A stretch of DNA of 64,000 bases. Origin: Mobula hypostoma (Eukaryota). Positions 49,187 through 63,261 of the stretch are shown here, one piece after another. The DNA lies in assembly GCF_963921235.1 (NCBI RefSeq), contig NC_086119.1, positions 48,422,001 to 48,486,000 on the forward strand, written 5' to 3'. The first letter of the stretch is position 1, and each line of letters opens with the position of its first letter. The notes beneath the pieces are model-generated. The model saw nothing but the letters and a program-made list of their open reading frames with translations. It was not told where the DNA came from and did not search any database. Made by a program: the position numbers and the translations under genes.

Positions 49187-49676
49187 TGTCAGGGCGCTGG
49201 AGCAGGAATCCAATCATAGACTCAATACTGTGCACACAGTGACATTAATTGAGTAACAAATCCCAAGGTGCAAACAAAGTCAGCGTCAAAGTTCAGGCAG
49301 TGTTCAAAACGTCCAGAGAAATCCAAAAACCAGAATTGGGAAACAAGCAGTCAATATTCAGCTGGACAGAGCTGGACGAATGCTGGAAAGGCTCGGGAAT
49401 ATTCACTGGCAAAATCTGGCAACAAATAGGTGAAAACACAGGACTGAAATACACTGAGCGATAAACAGAGAGGCAGATGATAGGTGGAGCACAATGAGAC
49501 AGAGGAGGCAGCAAAACAGGTGATAGTGAGAAACAGGTGAGAGACGGAGTACTCAGTAATACAGGGGCCGGAGTAGAGCAGGAGCGGAGACAGGAGCACA
49601 TGGCAATACAAAACCACAGACTGACAGCTGGGGGGGAAACACACAAAAATGCAGAGTTCAACTGGAAGTACTGACA
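49187..49676. mobile_element. Solo LTR
   Basis: TGTCAG...CTGACA termini; 5-bp TSD ATCTG at 49182-49186 and 49677-49681. Confidence 0.88.
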
Positions 49677-51682
49677 ATCTGACACGTGAATTTTAAAAGG
49701 ACCTTGAAAAATCCAGGATGCTTATTTTTTCTTGCAATTGCAAATATTGGGATATTGAATTTGGTCCTCCTTGTGCCACAGAATAGGACAGAGTGAATGG
49801 ATAACTTGTTTTAAAGCCTACATGATATTTGTGCCCACTGAAAATAAATAATGTAAGGTATTATACAACGGCAACTGTGGTGCATTTCGCTCACTGGTTG
49901 TACGAACATAATTTGACTAATTCTTTGAAAACAAGTCTTAGTGTTCTCAGGCCTGTGACCCTGTACTCTCCCTCTCCAATCATCAATGGCTTTTCCTGCT
50001 TTAGTGTGTTCCTCTCTCATTAAATAGAGATAATAAGGGGCCCTTGGGCTTCAAATGGTTCTTAAAATATTCTCCAATGATCTAAAACTGACATGATAAC
50101 ATGCAGGATCTTAAACAAAATGACCTTAACCAAGAGTATCTTGGTGGATGAATAGACTAAGCATCTCCCCTTCATCTTTGGAGAACTCAAAGGTTAGCTT
50201 GAGTCCTTCAATAGCCATCCCAACCAAAGTGACAAAACTTGGTATGTCATCGTGATTAACGCTGAGACCATCCCCAGTTTTAATGGTTAACTTCTCTGAC
50301 AGACAAGGGATTTACCAGGTGAGCTGGCAATCCAACCAGTAGCTGGCAGCTGGTAAAGGAAGTTAGATGTAGAATTGGTATAGTGAATAAGCAGACACTT
50401 ACTTTTCAATTATTAATTTTGATGCAAAATTCGTAGATCACTTATTTGGCACAGAGCTTTGATTTGGTGATTAAATTATTGTTAATTGGTCATTAATTGG
50501 TTAAGTTTTGATCAAATATAAAATACAGATTTTTAATGGCATTCTAAATGACTTTCATGATAGTCATAATGTCATTCTTCACTCATCAACAGTATTATTA
50601 ATTTGGATTCCAGATGTTGACCATTAAAACTGAATAGGATTTAACAGAAATGCCTGGTGGTTTTAATATACTTCAATAGATGCAAGCACAATTGAGAAAG
50701 CGCCTTCATCACGATGATTATTTGCTGTAACAAAGGCTGGGAAGAGATGACAGCTGCCGAGCACTATAATCAGCATGACCCACCTTGTAACATTTCTCCA
50801 GCACAGGATCAGCTGTGTTCTCTTTCTGGAATGGTTAAAGGTTACATTGACAGAATGTCAGTTCTAGGATCTGGGATTTCAGAACATTTGCAGACCGGTT
50901 CCCTGTCCCAACGCAGCAGCTCAACCTCAAAAACTCCTGTATTGGAACAGCATAGCAGTCTTCAGGGAGATGGCCCACTTTACACTGACAGCTGAGATAA
51001 ATGGACTCTGACTGCTCTTCCTTACTTCGTTATTTTTATAAGAACATGCAGCTAAGTAACCACGTTTCGACCCACACAGTGATGAATGCATAGCACCTTG
51101 TTCTCTTCATTGTTGCAATGGCAGACCATGCCATTGACGTGCCTGACACCAGATTCCCAAAGCAGACACCTATTTCTGAGCGCTGCTGTGGGATATGATT
51201 ACGCAGTGGACGGAGGTAAAGATTCAAGGTAGTGCTCAAAACCTCCTTCAGAAATACAACATCCCAAACGATGGCTTCAAGACCATGCATTGGAAGCACT
51301 GCTTAAGCGGTGGGGGGGTATGGATCATTGCACAAACTAGTGTACTACCTACCTGATCAGGTGCCTCCTGCTCCATCTGAGATTCAAAGGTTCAATGGTT
51401 TATTTATCAAAGTATACAACGCTGAAATGTTTCTTCTCCAGATGGCCATGAAACCAAGAAAGAGAAGAAAGGCAGCACGATTATCAACCCCCAACTCCCT
51501 CCTCCCCGCACAAAAAAATGAACAAAAATGGAACCGGCATATTGACCCCCAAATCCTCTTCCCCCTCACACAAAAAAACCAAGAAAGATTGGGTGATAAA
51601 CACAGAATACAAAAAAAAATCTTAAGACCGAAAGAAGTCCCCATCCAAAATGCAGAAAACTTGGGCAATATTCTCCCCTGCC

Positions 51683-51850
51683 GCAGAGCGATCTCACCAG
51701 CGATAAAAAGTCAGTCTCCCCTCTCCATAGCAGAGTGATCTCACCAGCAATAAAATGGCAGTCTCCCCTCTCCGTATTAGAGTGATCTCACCAGCGATAA
51801 AAAGGCAATCTTCCCTCTCCATAGCAGAGAAATCCCCCAGCGATAAAAAG
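51683..51850. repeat. ~47-bp tandem repeat (about 3.5 units) inside an unclassified minus-strand retroelement (~51384-52090)
   Basis: Unit approximately GCAGAGTGATCTCACCAGCGATAAAAAGGCAGTCTCCCTCTCCATA. Confidence 0.85.
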
Positions 51851-52268
51851 GCTGGCAGCCAACGTTTCAATCTCCCCCATCACCTTAATCGGTGGACAAT
51901 GGAAGTTTTAATCGGTGAAAAGGAGTCAAACATCCTCACAGCCTTCTCGCTTCGAAGTCCCCACATGCTGCCTCTGCCTCCCAGATGAAAAACAAACATA
52001 AAAGACATAAAAGTGAAACGTATGGTTTCATGATTTATCCAGAAGATGTTGACCGAAGAAGTTGAACGCAAATCCCATCACGACCAGAAGTCCAAAATTG
52101 CTTTTATCAGCCATCTCAAAACCTGAGTAGAAGCAAGTTAAGTTTACCCCAAAGGGCTGCCTATGCAGAATCTTATTCTGCCCCATGTTAATAATATAAA
52201 CGGCAAATATGATGCTTAGTCACTATAAGATAGATTGATCCCTTGAATCTTAATAAAAAATAGGTTTA

Positions 52269-53640
52269 CACTCAAGTGGCCACTTTATTAGGTGCCTCCT
52301 GTACCCTAATAAAACCGACACAAAGTGTATGCTTGTGGTCTTCTGCTGCTGTAGCCATCCGCTTCAAAGCTCTGCTGCACCCACTGTTGTAACGTGTGGT
52401 TATTTGAGTTACTGTCACCTTCCTGTCAGCTTGAATCAGTCTGACCATTTCCTTTGACTCTTCTCATTAACAAAACCATTTTCACCCACAGAACTTCCAC
52501 TCACTGGATGCTTTTTGTTTTTCGCACTGTTACGTACCCCGTAACTGGGTTGCCAAACCAGCAGAAATGGATCACTCAGTTGGAGTCTGGATTACTAGAA
52601 CTAAGAAAGTTCTATTAAAGAAACAAGCAACACAGTACTCTAATCAAAAGGATAATAAATGCAACAGTTCAGCAATGATAAACACACATGTACACAGAAT
52701 TAAGATAACAGGATCAATCAAACTCTATCGTTGTCTAGGGGTAAATGACCAGTTTCAAAGTGACGCAAAGTTCAGTTCAGTTCGCAGATAGTGGAGGGAA
52801 GGAGAGAGAGAGCAAAACGAATGAATATTCAAAACGGCTTCCACACACAGACCTTCGCAGTCAGCTTTCGGGCGAGTCCTTTGTGATGTCATCTGAGGTC
52901 ACCAACCGTGACCCCTCTGTTTCCCAATACGATCGTTTCTCTGCGGTGAACCTGGCACCCAGGCAAGGGTGGACACACACCAGGTTCCCGCCGATCGTGC
53001 CTTTCCACCCTGTGGTCCCGCAACCGGCCTTCCAAAACTTCCCACTGACTTGTGAGAGATGCACCGCTTCCAGGGTCTCGTTACCTTGGGTGTCATGTGT
53101 GTCTTGCCTTAGCGAACCTATCCCTTTTTATCCCCCTGCTGGGGTATCGCCTGTCCATCACTTCAAACAGTTCGGGGTTCAAAGGGGGAGCCGATCTTGA
53201 CAGCTCTCCTTACCTTTCATTAACATCTCCAAATGCTGCTCCATTGTTTTCCTTATCTCTCTCTCCTGAAGACAGGTGGCAGACCAACTGCTGATCCCAC
53301 TGGTGCCAGCACAGGCCAGCTAACATCTTAATCTATGTGTATTCTCGTCACAGCACCATTTTCTATAAACTCTGGAGAATGTTGTGCATGAAAATCCCAG
53401 GAGATCTGCAGTTTCTAAGATACTCAGACCACCCCCGTCTGACATCAACAATTCTTCCACAGTCAAAATCATTTAGATCACATTCCTTCCCCATTCCAAT
53501 GTTTGGTCTGAACAGCAACTGAACTTCTTGGCCATGTCTGCATGGTTTTACAAATTGAGTTGCTGCCACATGATTGGCTGATTAGATATTTGCATTAAAA
53601 GCAGGGGTACGGGTCAACCTCATAAAGTGGCCACTGAGTG
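52269..53640 (-). mobile_element. Internally deleted Tc1-like transposon interrupted by a solo LTR
   Basis: TIRs CACTCAAGTGGCCACTTTATTAGG / CCTCATAAAGTGGCCACTGAGTG; TA at left and CA at right; MGKECDLNDFDCGRIV resembles a Tc1 transposase N-terminus. Confidence 0.85.
52528..53352 (-). mobile_element. Solo LTR, same family as 61095-61985
   Basis: TGTTAC...GTCACA termini; TSD GCAC at 52524-52527 and 53353-53356. Confidence 0.92.
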
Positions 53641-54319
53641 CATGCTAATATTATAATTTTTGACACTGAATTGTGCTGTGACAGACAGAACGATTGAATT
53701 GGACAGAATTTCAGACTGAGATCAGAGAAGATATATTACCAAAGTTAATTTATTCAGCCAACAGATTCTTTTCATAGAAACTATCAATACAGTCCACAGT
53801 CTATTTGAAAGGAGTCATTATGAGCTAATAAAGTAGAACTCATGACCTAAACCACAAAGTCTCCTGATAAAGCAAGGTGCTTCCTGCGAAGTTTAGTAGA
53901 ATGAGCATTCGTCTCATTGAAAAATACAATGTACATAGAACCGATTTTGGATGGATGTTGCAAGGTTGTTCTGCTTAGACCTTTTTTATGCCATGGACCT
54001 CTGCCATAAACTGAGGGTGTCTGTGGACCACAGGCTTAGACTGTCATGTGGTGGTACAGAGTCATGGTACAACTGAGATGAACAAATTCTTCACTCTGAT
54101 GATTATGAATATTTTCTATTTCAGTGGAATATGGAGTGTGTTTAAGACTGAGATGAGTGGATTTTTAGATAATCGCGGAACCAAAGGATATTGTGAGGAA
54201 GGTAAAGGGGAGTTATTTCAGTTATTTCTGATTAAAAGGCAGTGCAAAAGTGGGGGCAAAATGGTCTCACACTACATTATTTCTCATATTTCTTGTGATG
54301 GACAAAGCCAAAAAAATCA

Positions 54320-54575
54320 TAGAGCAGGGAAATAGGCACTTCAGCCCATCTAGTCCATGTGTCACTAATCCTGCACCACTCTGTTTTATGGACCCCATAT
54401 TCCTATTAACTCACTGACACACTAGGAGCAATTCGCAGCGGATAATTACTAAACCGACTTTCACACCGTTGTCATGTGGAAGGAGGCCAGAGCACCTGGG
54501 AGAACAGACACACTCCACACAGACAGTGCCAGAGATCAGATTGAACCAACATCTCTGGCATTGTGAGGCAGCGGT
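54320..54575 (-). mobile_element. HE1/V-SINE-like relic
   Basis: GGAAGGAGGCCAGAGCACCTGGGAGAA...ACTCCACACAGACAG...TGTGAGGCAGCG plus a CR1-type tail. Confidence 0.6.
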
Positions 54576-54577
54576 CA

Positions 54578-55365
54578 GAATAATAGAAGAGCAGATTATT
54601 ATCTAAATGGTGAAAGATTGCAGCATGCTGTTGTGCAGAGGGACTTGTGAGTGATTGGTCATGAAACGCAAAAAGTTGGCTTGCAGGTACAACAGGTTAT
54701 TAAAAAGGCAAACGAAATGTTGGCCTTCATTGCTAGAGGGATTGAATTCAAGAGCAGGGAGGTCATGCTGCAACTATATAGGGTACTGGTGAGGCCACAC
54801 CTGGAGTACTGTGTGCAATTCTGGTCTCCTTACTTGAGGAAGGATATACTGGCTTTGGAGGCAGTGCAGAGGAGGTTCACCAGGTTGTTTCCAGGGTTGA
54901 AGGGGTTAACCTATGAGGAGCGATTGAGTTGCCTGGGACTATACTCTCTAGAATTCAGAAGAATGAGAGGGGATTTTACAGAAACATACAAAATTTTGAA
55001 AGGGATAGATAAGATAGAAGTAGAAAAGTTGTTTCCATTGGTAGGTGAGACTAGAACTAGGGGACATTGCCTCAAGATTCAGGGGAGAAGATTTAGGATG
55101 GAGATGTGGAGAAACTGTTTTTCCCAGAGAGTGGTGAATCTGTGGAATTCTCTGCCCAGGGAAGCAGTTGAGGCTGCTTCACTAAATATATTTAACAAAC
55201 AGTTAGATAGATTTTTACATAGTAAAGGAATTAAGGCTTATGGGGAAAAGGCAGGTAGCTGGAGCTGAGTTTACGGACAGATCAGCCATGATCTTATTGA
55301 ATGGCGGGGCAGGCTTGATGGGCCTGATTGCCTACTCCTGCTCCTATTTCTTATGTTCTTATGTA
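54578..55365 (+). mobile_element. CR1 LINE 3' fragment (205-aa ORF)
   Basis: [43 protein letters not shown]...WNSLP; TTCTTATG tail. Confidence 0.94.
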
Positions 55366-56784
55366 TTTCTTAGGTTGGGACTCATTAAGCCATCATAGTG
55401 GGCTCCCTTTGAGATTCTTGGTATAAAAAGAGTTAATATGGAACAGCCTTTTCCTTAGCAGAAGGGAAAACCACAAAATTCATACAGTGGAGGCACTCCA
55501 AGTATTTAAAGAAATGTACCATTGAAGACCTTAACCTCATTTTAAACATGGGGATGAAAGAAAGGGATGAGAGGTCATTGTAAATCTTTTTCTTTCCACT
55601 GGGGGAAGCAGACACCAGTATTGACCCTCCTGGAACTGTTGATCATCTTAATTCTGGCAACGAAGAGGTTCTGAGTGAAACAATATGTGCATTATTATTG
55701 CACGATGGAGAAATGTTCTGAGGCCGTCATTCAGGAGTTTCAGAAACATTTTGACTTGACCCATGCAAGCAGGTATTCAGGTAGTAACTAAATGATTGAT
55801 TTTTTAAAAAGTCTTCGAAGGTGAGAAAGAGGCAAGGTATTTTTTTAGGGGGCTGGATTTCATATTTTAGAGCTTGGGCAGCCGATGGCAAATGGTATTA
55901 ATCGAATCATATTGGGGTGTATCTCTCAGGATCAATTACAATAGGATGCAGACAGGAGAGTTGGAAGGTGAAATTCATCTGCAGCGAAACAGCATATCTT
56001 AAGAAATATGAAGATCTGCTGAGTCAGGATTAAGTAGAGTGGTGCCTGAATATTAACAAAATATTCCATCAATTACGTCCGCAGTATAAAATAATTATAT
56101 TTTTAATGTGACATTTTTCTGCAATATATTTCGTAACCTGTGACTTAATGCTTTGGTGCACAGATCACACGTGACCAAAATGGATTTTGATCCAGAATGG
56201 ATCAAAACTCAAGTTCTAGTTCACTTCTCATAATACAATTATGAAGTCCATATATCTATAAAGGTACTTATGTTATTTAGTGCTGTTAAGCATTTAAGTA
56301 CATATCTGGCCTGCTCCAAAATATTTATAATTCTTTTCTCATTTGGTTTCTCTGCACCCAAAGCTATGAGATAACATAGCCTACTAATTTTACACACCAC
56401 CTTTTCTAGTGGAAAAGACAATGCAAGAACAAAATACGCTGACAATGCTGATATATAATTTACATAACTACATACATAATTTAATTCTTCAGATGCATTT
56501 GCTCATCAAAACAAAGGCAAATTACTTTCAGCAATCACTATTCAGTAGAGCTAAGCTTTGGAGGCAATAGGTGGATATGTGATTACATTGGCAATAGAAA
56601 ATAAAAATTTGGCTCACCATATCCACACTGACCTTGACACCAATCTAACATGTGCCCATCTGCCTATCCTTCTGTATCCTGCCTGCTCATGTATCTGTCT
56701 GAATATCTCTTAAACATTGCTGTCATATCTGCTTCTGCCACCTCCCTGGAGCCTACGAATCTCTGTGCAAAAATCCTGCCTTAA

Positions 56785-58998
56785 GACCATAAGACGTAGA
56801 AGCAGAATTAGGCCACTCAGCCCATCAAGTTTTCTCCGCCATTTCATCATTCCCTCTCTATCCTATTCTCCCGCCTTCTCCCCGTAACCTTTGATGTCCT
56901 GGCTAACCAAGAAACTATCAACCTTTGCTTTAGTTATACTCAATGACTTGGCCTTCTCAGCCATCCATAGCAATGGATTCTATAGACTCCCCACCAACTG
57001 GTTAAAGAAATTCCTTTTCATCTCTGTTCAAAATGGATGTCCCTCTATTCTGAAGCTGTCCCTTTGGTCATCCACTATCGGAAACATCCTCTCCACATCC
57101 ATCTGTCTAGGCCTTTCAATATTTGGTAAGATTCAATGAGATCCCCGCCACCTTATTCTTTTAAACTCCAGCAAGCACAGGCCTCGAGCCATCAAATGTT
57201 CCTTATACATTAACCCTTTCATTCCTGGAATCATTCTCGTGAACCTTCTCCAGACCCTCTCCAATGCCAGCACATCTTTTCTTAGATAAGGGGCCCAGAA
57301 GTGCTCACAATACTCCAAGTGTGGCCTGACCAACATTTTATAAATGATCAGCATTACATATTTGCTCATATATACTAGTCCTCTCCAAAAGAATGCTAAC
57401 ATTCCACCTGCCTTCCTTACCACTGACTCAAACTGCAAGTTATTTTCAGTGATTCCTTGACAAGGACTCCCAAGTCATTTTACATCTTTGATTTTTGAAC
57501 TTTCTCCCCACTTATAAAATAGTTTACACATTTATTCCTTCCTCCTAAGTATATGGGCATACACTTTGCTGCACTATATTCCATCTGCCACTTCTTTGCC
57601 CATTTTCCCAATCTGTCCAAGTCCTTCTGCAGATACTGTTTCTTTATCACTACCTGCCCCTATACCTCCTTTGTATCATCTGCATATCTGCATACTTGGC
57701 TAAAAAGCCATCAATTCTGTCAAACAAATTGTTCACATATAACATGAAAAGAAGTACTGACTGCTGTGAATGCCAGTTGTCATCACAGACAACCAGAATA
57801 GGCCCCTTTATTCTGACTGTACCTCTTTGCAGCCAGCCAATCTCTCCATGCTGGTATCTCCCCTGTAACATCATGGGCTCTATTTTGTTAAGCAGCCTCA
57901 ATTGTGGCACCTTGTCAATGGCCTTCTGAAAATCCAAGTAAGCAAAATCCTCTGACTCTCCTTTGTCTATCCTGTCCGTTATTTCTTCAAAGAATTCCAA
58001 CAGATTTATCAGGCAAGATTTCCCCTTAAGGAAACCATGCTGACTGTGGCCTACTTTATCATGTGCCTCCAAGTACCCCAACATTTCATCCTTAATAATG
58101 GACTCTTAATAATAATCTTCTCAACCACTGAAATCAGGCTAACTGTCCTATAATTTCCTTTCTTCTGTCTCCCTCCCTTCTGAAAGAGTGGAGTGATATT
58201 TACAATTTTCCTGTCCTCTGGAACCATTCCAGAATCTAGTGATTCTCGAAAGATCATTACCAGTGCTGCCACAATCTCTTCAGCTGCCTCTTCCAGAACC
58301 CTGAGGTGTAGTCCATTTGGTTTGGCTGACTTATCTACTGTATCTTTAGACCTTTCAGTTCACAAGTACCTTCACTCACTTCTCCTCACTGATACTTCTG
58401 AATTTCTGGCATACTACTAGTGCCTTTCTCAGTGAAGACTGACACAAAACACCGATGAAGTACATCTGCCATTTCTTTGACGTCCATTTCTACCTCCCCA
58501 GCACCTCCAGCAGTCTGATATCCTCTCTTGACTTGCTTTTACTCTTTATATATCTGACAAAACTTTTGGTATCCACTTTGATATTTTTGGCTAGCAGCTT
58601 CATATTTCATCTTTACTCTCCTTATGGTTTTTAGTTGCCTTCTGTTGGTTTTTAAAAGCTTCCCAATCCTCTAACTTCCCAATCTTTTTTGCTATATTAT
58701 ACGCTGTCTTAGTGGCTTTTATGTTGTCTTTGGTTTCCCTTGTCAGTTACAGTTGCCACATCATCCCTTTAGAATACTCCTTCAACTTTGAGATGTGTCA
58801 ATCCTGCGCCTTTCTAATTTCCCCCAGAAACTCCAGCCATTGCCGTTCTCCTGTCATCCCTGCTAGTGTCCCCTTCCAATACTTTGGCCAGCACCTCTCT
58901 AATACCTCTGTAATTTTAGTCTTCTGAAATACAGATTAACTTCTCCCTCTCAAACTGCAGGGTGAATTCTATCATATTATGATCACTGCCTCCCAAGG
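56785..58998 (-). mobile_element. Decayed CR1 LINE ORF2
   Basis: [57 protein letters not shown]. Confidence 0.92.
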
Positions 58999-59099
58999 CA
59001 GTGCCTTGCACATGTCCTTTTAAACATTCCCCGCCTCTCATCCTAAACTCATGTCCTCTAATATTTAATCTCTCCACAATGGGATAAAGACTCTGATCA

Positions 59100-60305
59100 C
59101 AGAGCCTGTCTGGACCCCCTACAATCTGCCTACCGACACAGCCAATTGACAGACAACGCAGTAGCCACTGCTCTACATACAGTCCTTACACATCTGGAGA
59201 AGAAGGATGCTTATGTGAGAATGCTGTTCTTGGACTGTAGTTCAGCATTCAACACCATAGTTCCATCCAGGCTCGACAGGAAGCTAAGAGACCTCGGCCT
59301 TGACCCTGCCTTGAGCAGCTGGATCCTGGGCTTCCTGTCAGATCACCAGCAGGTTGTAAGAGTGGGCTCCTTCACCTCCAACCCTCTGACTCTCAACACA
59401 GGAGCCCCTCAGGGCTGTGTACTGAGTCCCCTCCTTTACTCCCTGTATACCCATGACTGTGTCGCCACCAACAGCTCCAATCTGCTAATTCAATTTGCCG
59501 ATGACACTAAATTGATTAGCTTAATCTCAAACAATAACAAGGTGGCCTACAGGGAAGAAGTCATCTCTCTGACACAGTGGTGTCAAGAAAACAACCTCTT
59601 CCTCAATGTTGCTAAAACAAAGGAGCTGGTTGTGGATTACTGGTGGAATGGAGTCGGGCTAACTCCTATTGACATCAATGGATCTAGGGTTGAGAGGGTA
59701 AACAGTTTCAAGTTCCTCGGCATCCACATCACCGAGGACTTCATGTGGTCTGTGCACACCAGCTGTGTGGTGAAAAAGGAACAATAGTGCCTCTTTCACC
59801 TCAGGTGGATGAGGAAGTTTGGTATGGGCCCCCAGATCCTAAGAACTTTCTACAGGGGCACAATTGAGAGCATCCTGACTGGATGTATCACTGCCTGGTA
59901 TGGGAACTGTACCTCCCTTAATCGCAAGATTCTGCAGAGACTGGTGCGGACAGCCCAGCACATCTATAGTTGAGAACTTCCCATGATTCAGGACATTTAC
60001 AAAGACAGGTGTGAAAAAAGGGCCCGAAGGATTATTACGTACCTGAATCACTCCAACCACAATCTATTCCAGCCGCTACCATCTGGGAAACGGTACTGCA
60101 CCATAAAAGCCAGGACCAACAGGGTCTGGGACAGCTTCTTCCACCAGGCCATCAGACTGATTAACTCACACTGATCTGAGTATATTTCTACATTACATTG
60201 ACTGTTCTATTTATTATAAATTACTTTGATTGCACATTGCACATTTAGACGGAGATGTAACGCAAAGATTTTTATAAATGTAAGAAATAAAATCAATTGA
60301 ATTCA
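59100..60305 (+). mobile_element. Rex1/Babar-like LINE 3' half
   Basis: [59 protein letters not shown]. Confidence 0.92.
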
Positions 60306-60374
60306 ATCTATGCCTCTTATAATTTTATATATTCCTCAGCCTCTGATATTCCACAAAAAACAATCCAAGTTTAA

Positions 60375-62895
60375 AACATGGAGACTGGAGAATATAACTG
60401 CAGCTGTAAGATCCCTGCTGTACCTCTGTCTCAGAGGCCGATGTTAGGCTGCTTAAAGAGGGTGAATCCTCGCAAAGTGGATGGTCCCGATGGAGTACCT
60501 GGTAAGGCTCTGAAAACCTGTGCCAACCAGCTGGCGGGAGTAGTCAAGGACATTTTCAACTTCTCACTGCTATGAGCAGAAGTTCCCACTTGCTTCAAAA
60601 AGGCAACATTTATACCAGTGCCTAAGAAGAACAATGTGAGCTGCCTTAATGTCTATCACCTGGTAGCTCTCACATCTACAGTGATGAAATGCTTTGAAAA
60701 GTCAGATTAGACTGAACTCCTGCAAGGACCTGGACCCACTGCAATTTGCCTATCACCACAATAGGTGAACCCCAGGCACAATCTCCTCACACAGCCTTAG
60801 TCCACCTGACAATACAAACACCTAATCAGGATGCTGTTCATCAACTAGAGCTCAGCATTTAACACCATCATTCGCACATCCTGATTGATAAGTTACAGAA
60901 CTGGGCCTCTGTACCTCCATTTGCAATTGGATCCTCAACTTCCTAACCAGAAGACCACGATCAGTTTGGATTGGTGATAACATCTCCTCTTCGCTGACAA
61001 TCAACACTGGTGCACCTCAGGGGTGTGTGCTTATCCCACTGCTCTAGTCTCTCTATACCCTTTACTGTGTGGCTAGGTATAGCTCAAATACCATTGTTAC
61101 ATACCCCGTAACTGGGTTGCCAAACCAGTAGAAATGGACCACTCAGTTGGAGTCTGGATTACTGGAACTAAGAAAGTTTTATTAAAGAAATAAGCAACAC
61201 AGTACTCTAATAGTAAGGATATAAATGCAACAGGTTAGCAATGAATAAACACACATGTACACAGAACTAGGATAATAGGGTCAATCAAGCTCTATCACAG
61301 TCTAGGGGTAAGATGATCAATCACAAGTGACAGAGTTCAGTTTAGTCCAGTTCGCAGTAATCGCCATCGTGCTGTTGGAGAGAGAGAGAGAACGAATGAA
61401 TATGCAAATCGGATTCCGAACAGACCTTCGATATTCCTCGCAGTTAACTTTCAGGCGAGCCCTTTGTAATGTCTTCTGAGGTCACCGACTGTGACCCCTC
61501 CGTTCCAGACATGATCGTTCTTCAGCGGTGAACCCGGCACCCAGGCAAGGGCGGACACACACCAGGTTCCCGCCGACCGTATCTTTCCACCCTGTGCATC
61601 TATGGCTGGTCCCACGACCAGACCTCCAAAGCTCCCCCGACTTGTGGGGGGCACACCGCTTCCAGGGTCTCATTACCTCGTGGTGTCGTGTGTGGTGTCT
61701 TAGCGAACCTGTCCCTTTTTATCCCCCTGCTGGGGTATCGCCTGTCCATCACACTTCAAACAGTTCAGGGTTCAAAAGGAGCCGGTCTTGACAATACTCA
61801 GACCAGTGTCTCCTTCCGTTAAACTATCTCGTCTCTTCATTAACATTTCCAAATGCTGCTCCATTGTCTTACTTATATCTCTCTCCTGAAGACAGGTGGC
61901 AGGTCAACTGTTGATCCCACTGGTGCCAGCACAGGACAGTTAACATCTTAGTCTATGTGTACTTTTGTAACCCTCTTTCGTCACACCATCTATAAATTTG
62001 CTGATTTGTTGGTAGAATCTCAGATGGAGGTAGGAGGGTATGCAGGAGTGAAATATACTAATTAGTGGAGTGGTGTCATAGCAACAACCTTGCACTCAAC
62101 GTCAGTAAGATGAAAGAGCTGATTGTGAACTTAAGGAAGGGTAAGACGAAGGAACACATTCCAATCCTCACGGAGGGATCAGAAGTGGAGAGAGTGAGCA
62201 ATTTCAAGTTCCTGGGTGTGAAGAACTTGTGAGGACCTAACCTGGTCCCAACATATTGATGCAGTTATAAAGAAGGCAAGACAGTGATGTACTTCATTAG
62301 GAGTTTGAAGAGATTTGGTACGTTGACAAGAACAGACAAAAACTTCTGTAGATGTACTGTGGAGAGAATTTTGACAGGTTGCATCACTGTCTGGTATAGG
62401 GGGAGTGTGGGGGGATTGGGGAAACTACTACACGGGACCAGAAGAAGCTGCAGAGGGTCATATATTTAGTCAGCTCCATCTTGGGTGCTAACCTACAAAG
62501 TACTTCAGGACATCTTCACGAACGGTGTCTCAGAAAGGCAACATCCTCTATTAAGGACCCCCAGCACCCAGGACATGCCCTTTTCTCATTGTTACCATCA
62601 AGTAGGAGGTACAGAAGCCTGAAGGCACACACTCGGCGATTCAGGAACAGCTTCTTCCCCTTTGCCATCTGATTCCTATATGGACATTGAACCCGTGAAC
62701 ACCACCTCACTTTTTTTAATATATATTATTTCTGTTTTTGCATGGTTTAATTCTATTCAATACACGTATACTGGAATCGATTTACTAATTTATTTTTACT
62801 TTTTTCTTCTATATTATGTAATGCATTAAACTGCTGCTGCTAAGTTAACAAATCTCACGTCACATGCCGGTGATAATGAAGCTGATTCTGAGTCT
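60375..62895 (+). mobile_element. Rex1/Babar-like LINE split by a solo LTR
   Basis: NPRKVDGPDGVPGKALKTCANQLA; RT resumes after 61989; C-terminal HPGHALFSLLPSSRRYRSL; GATTCTGA tail. Confidence 0.88.
61095..61985 (-). mobile_element. Solo LTR
   Basis: TGTTAC...GTCACA termini; TSD CCAT at 61091-61094 and 61986-61989; AATAAA on the minus strand near 61180. Confidence 0.92.
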
Positions 62896-63261
62896 GAACA
62901 TCTAGGAGTACAGCACAGGAACTGGCTCTTTGGTCTACAGTGTTGTGCTGAGCTAATTAACCCAATGACATCTAGTTAAACTACTCCCTTCTCCTGCGCT
63001 AGGTCTAAAACCTCCATTCTCTGCATATCCACATGCCTTTCTAACAGCTTCTATTGTATCCACCTCTACCACCTCTGCTATATTTCAGGCACCCACCAGT
63101 CTCTGCATTAGAAAAAGCTTACCCTGCATATCTACTTTGAATTTTCTCCCTCGCAACTGAATTGCGTTTCAACCTGGGAAAAAGATTCTGGCTGTTTCTC
63201 TTCCTATGCTTCTCTTATAAACTTTTGTCGTATCTCCTTAAGCCTCTGACCCTAATTCTTC

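Noticed and set aside
51683-51850. CRISPR-like array
   Set aside because: Contiguous tandem units without unique spacers, eukaryotic context, no cas genes.
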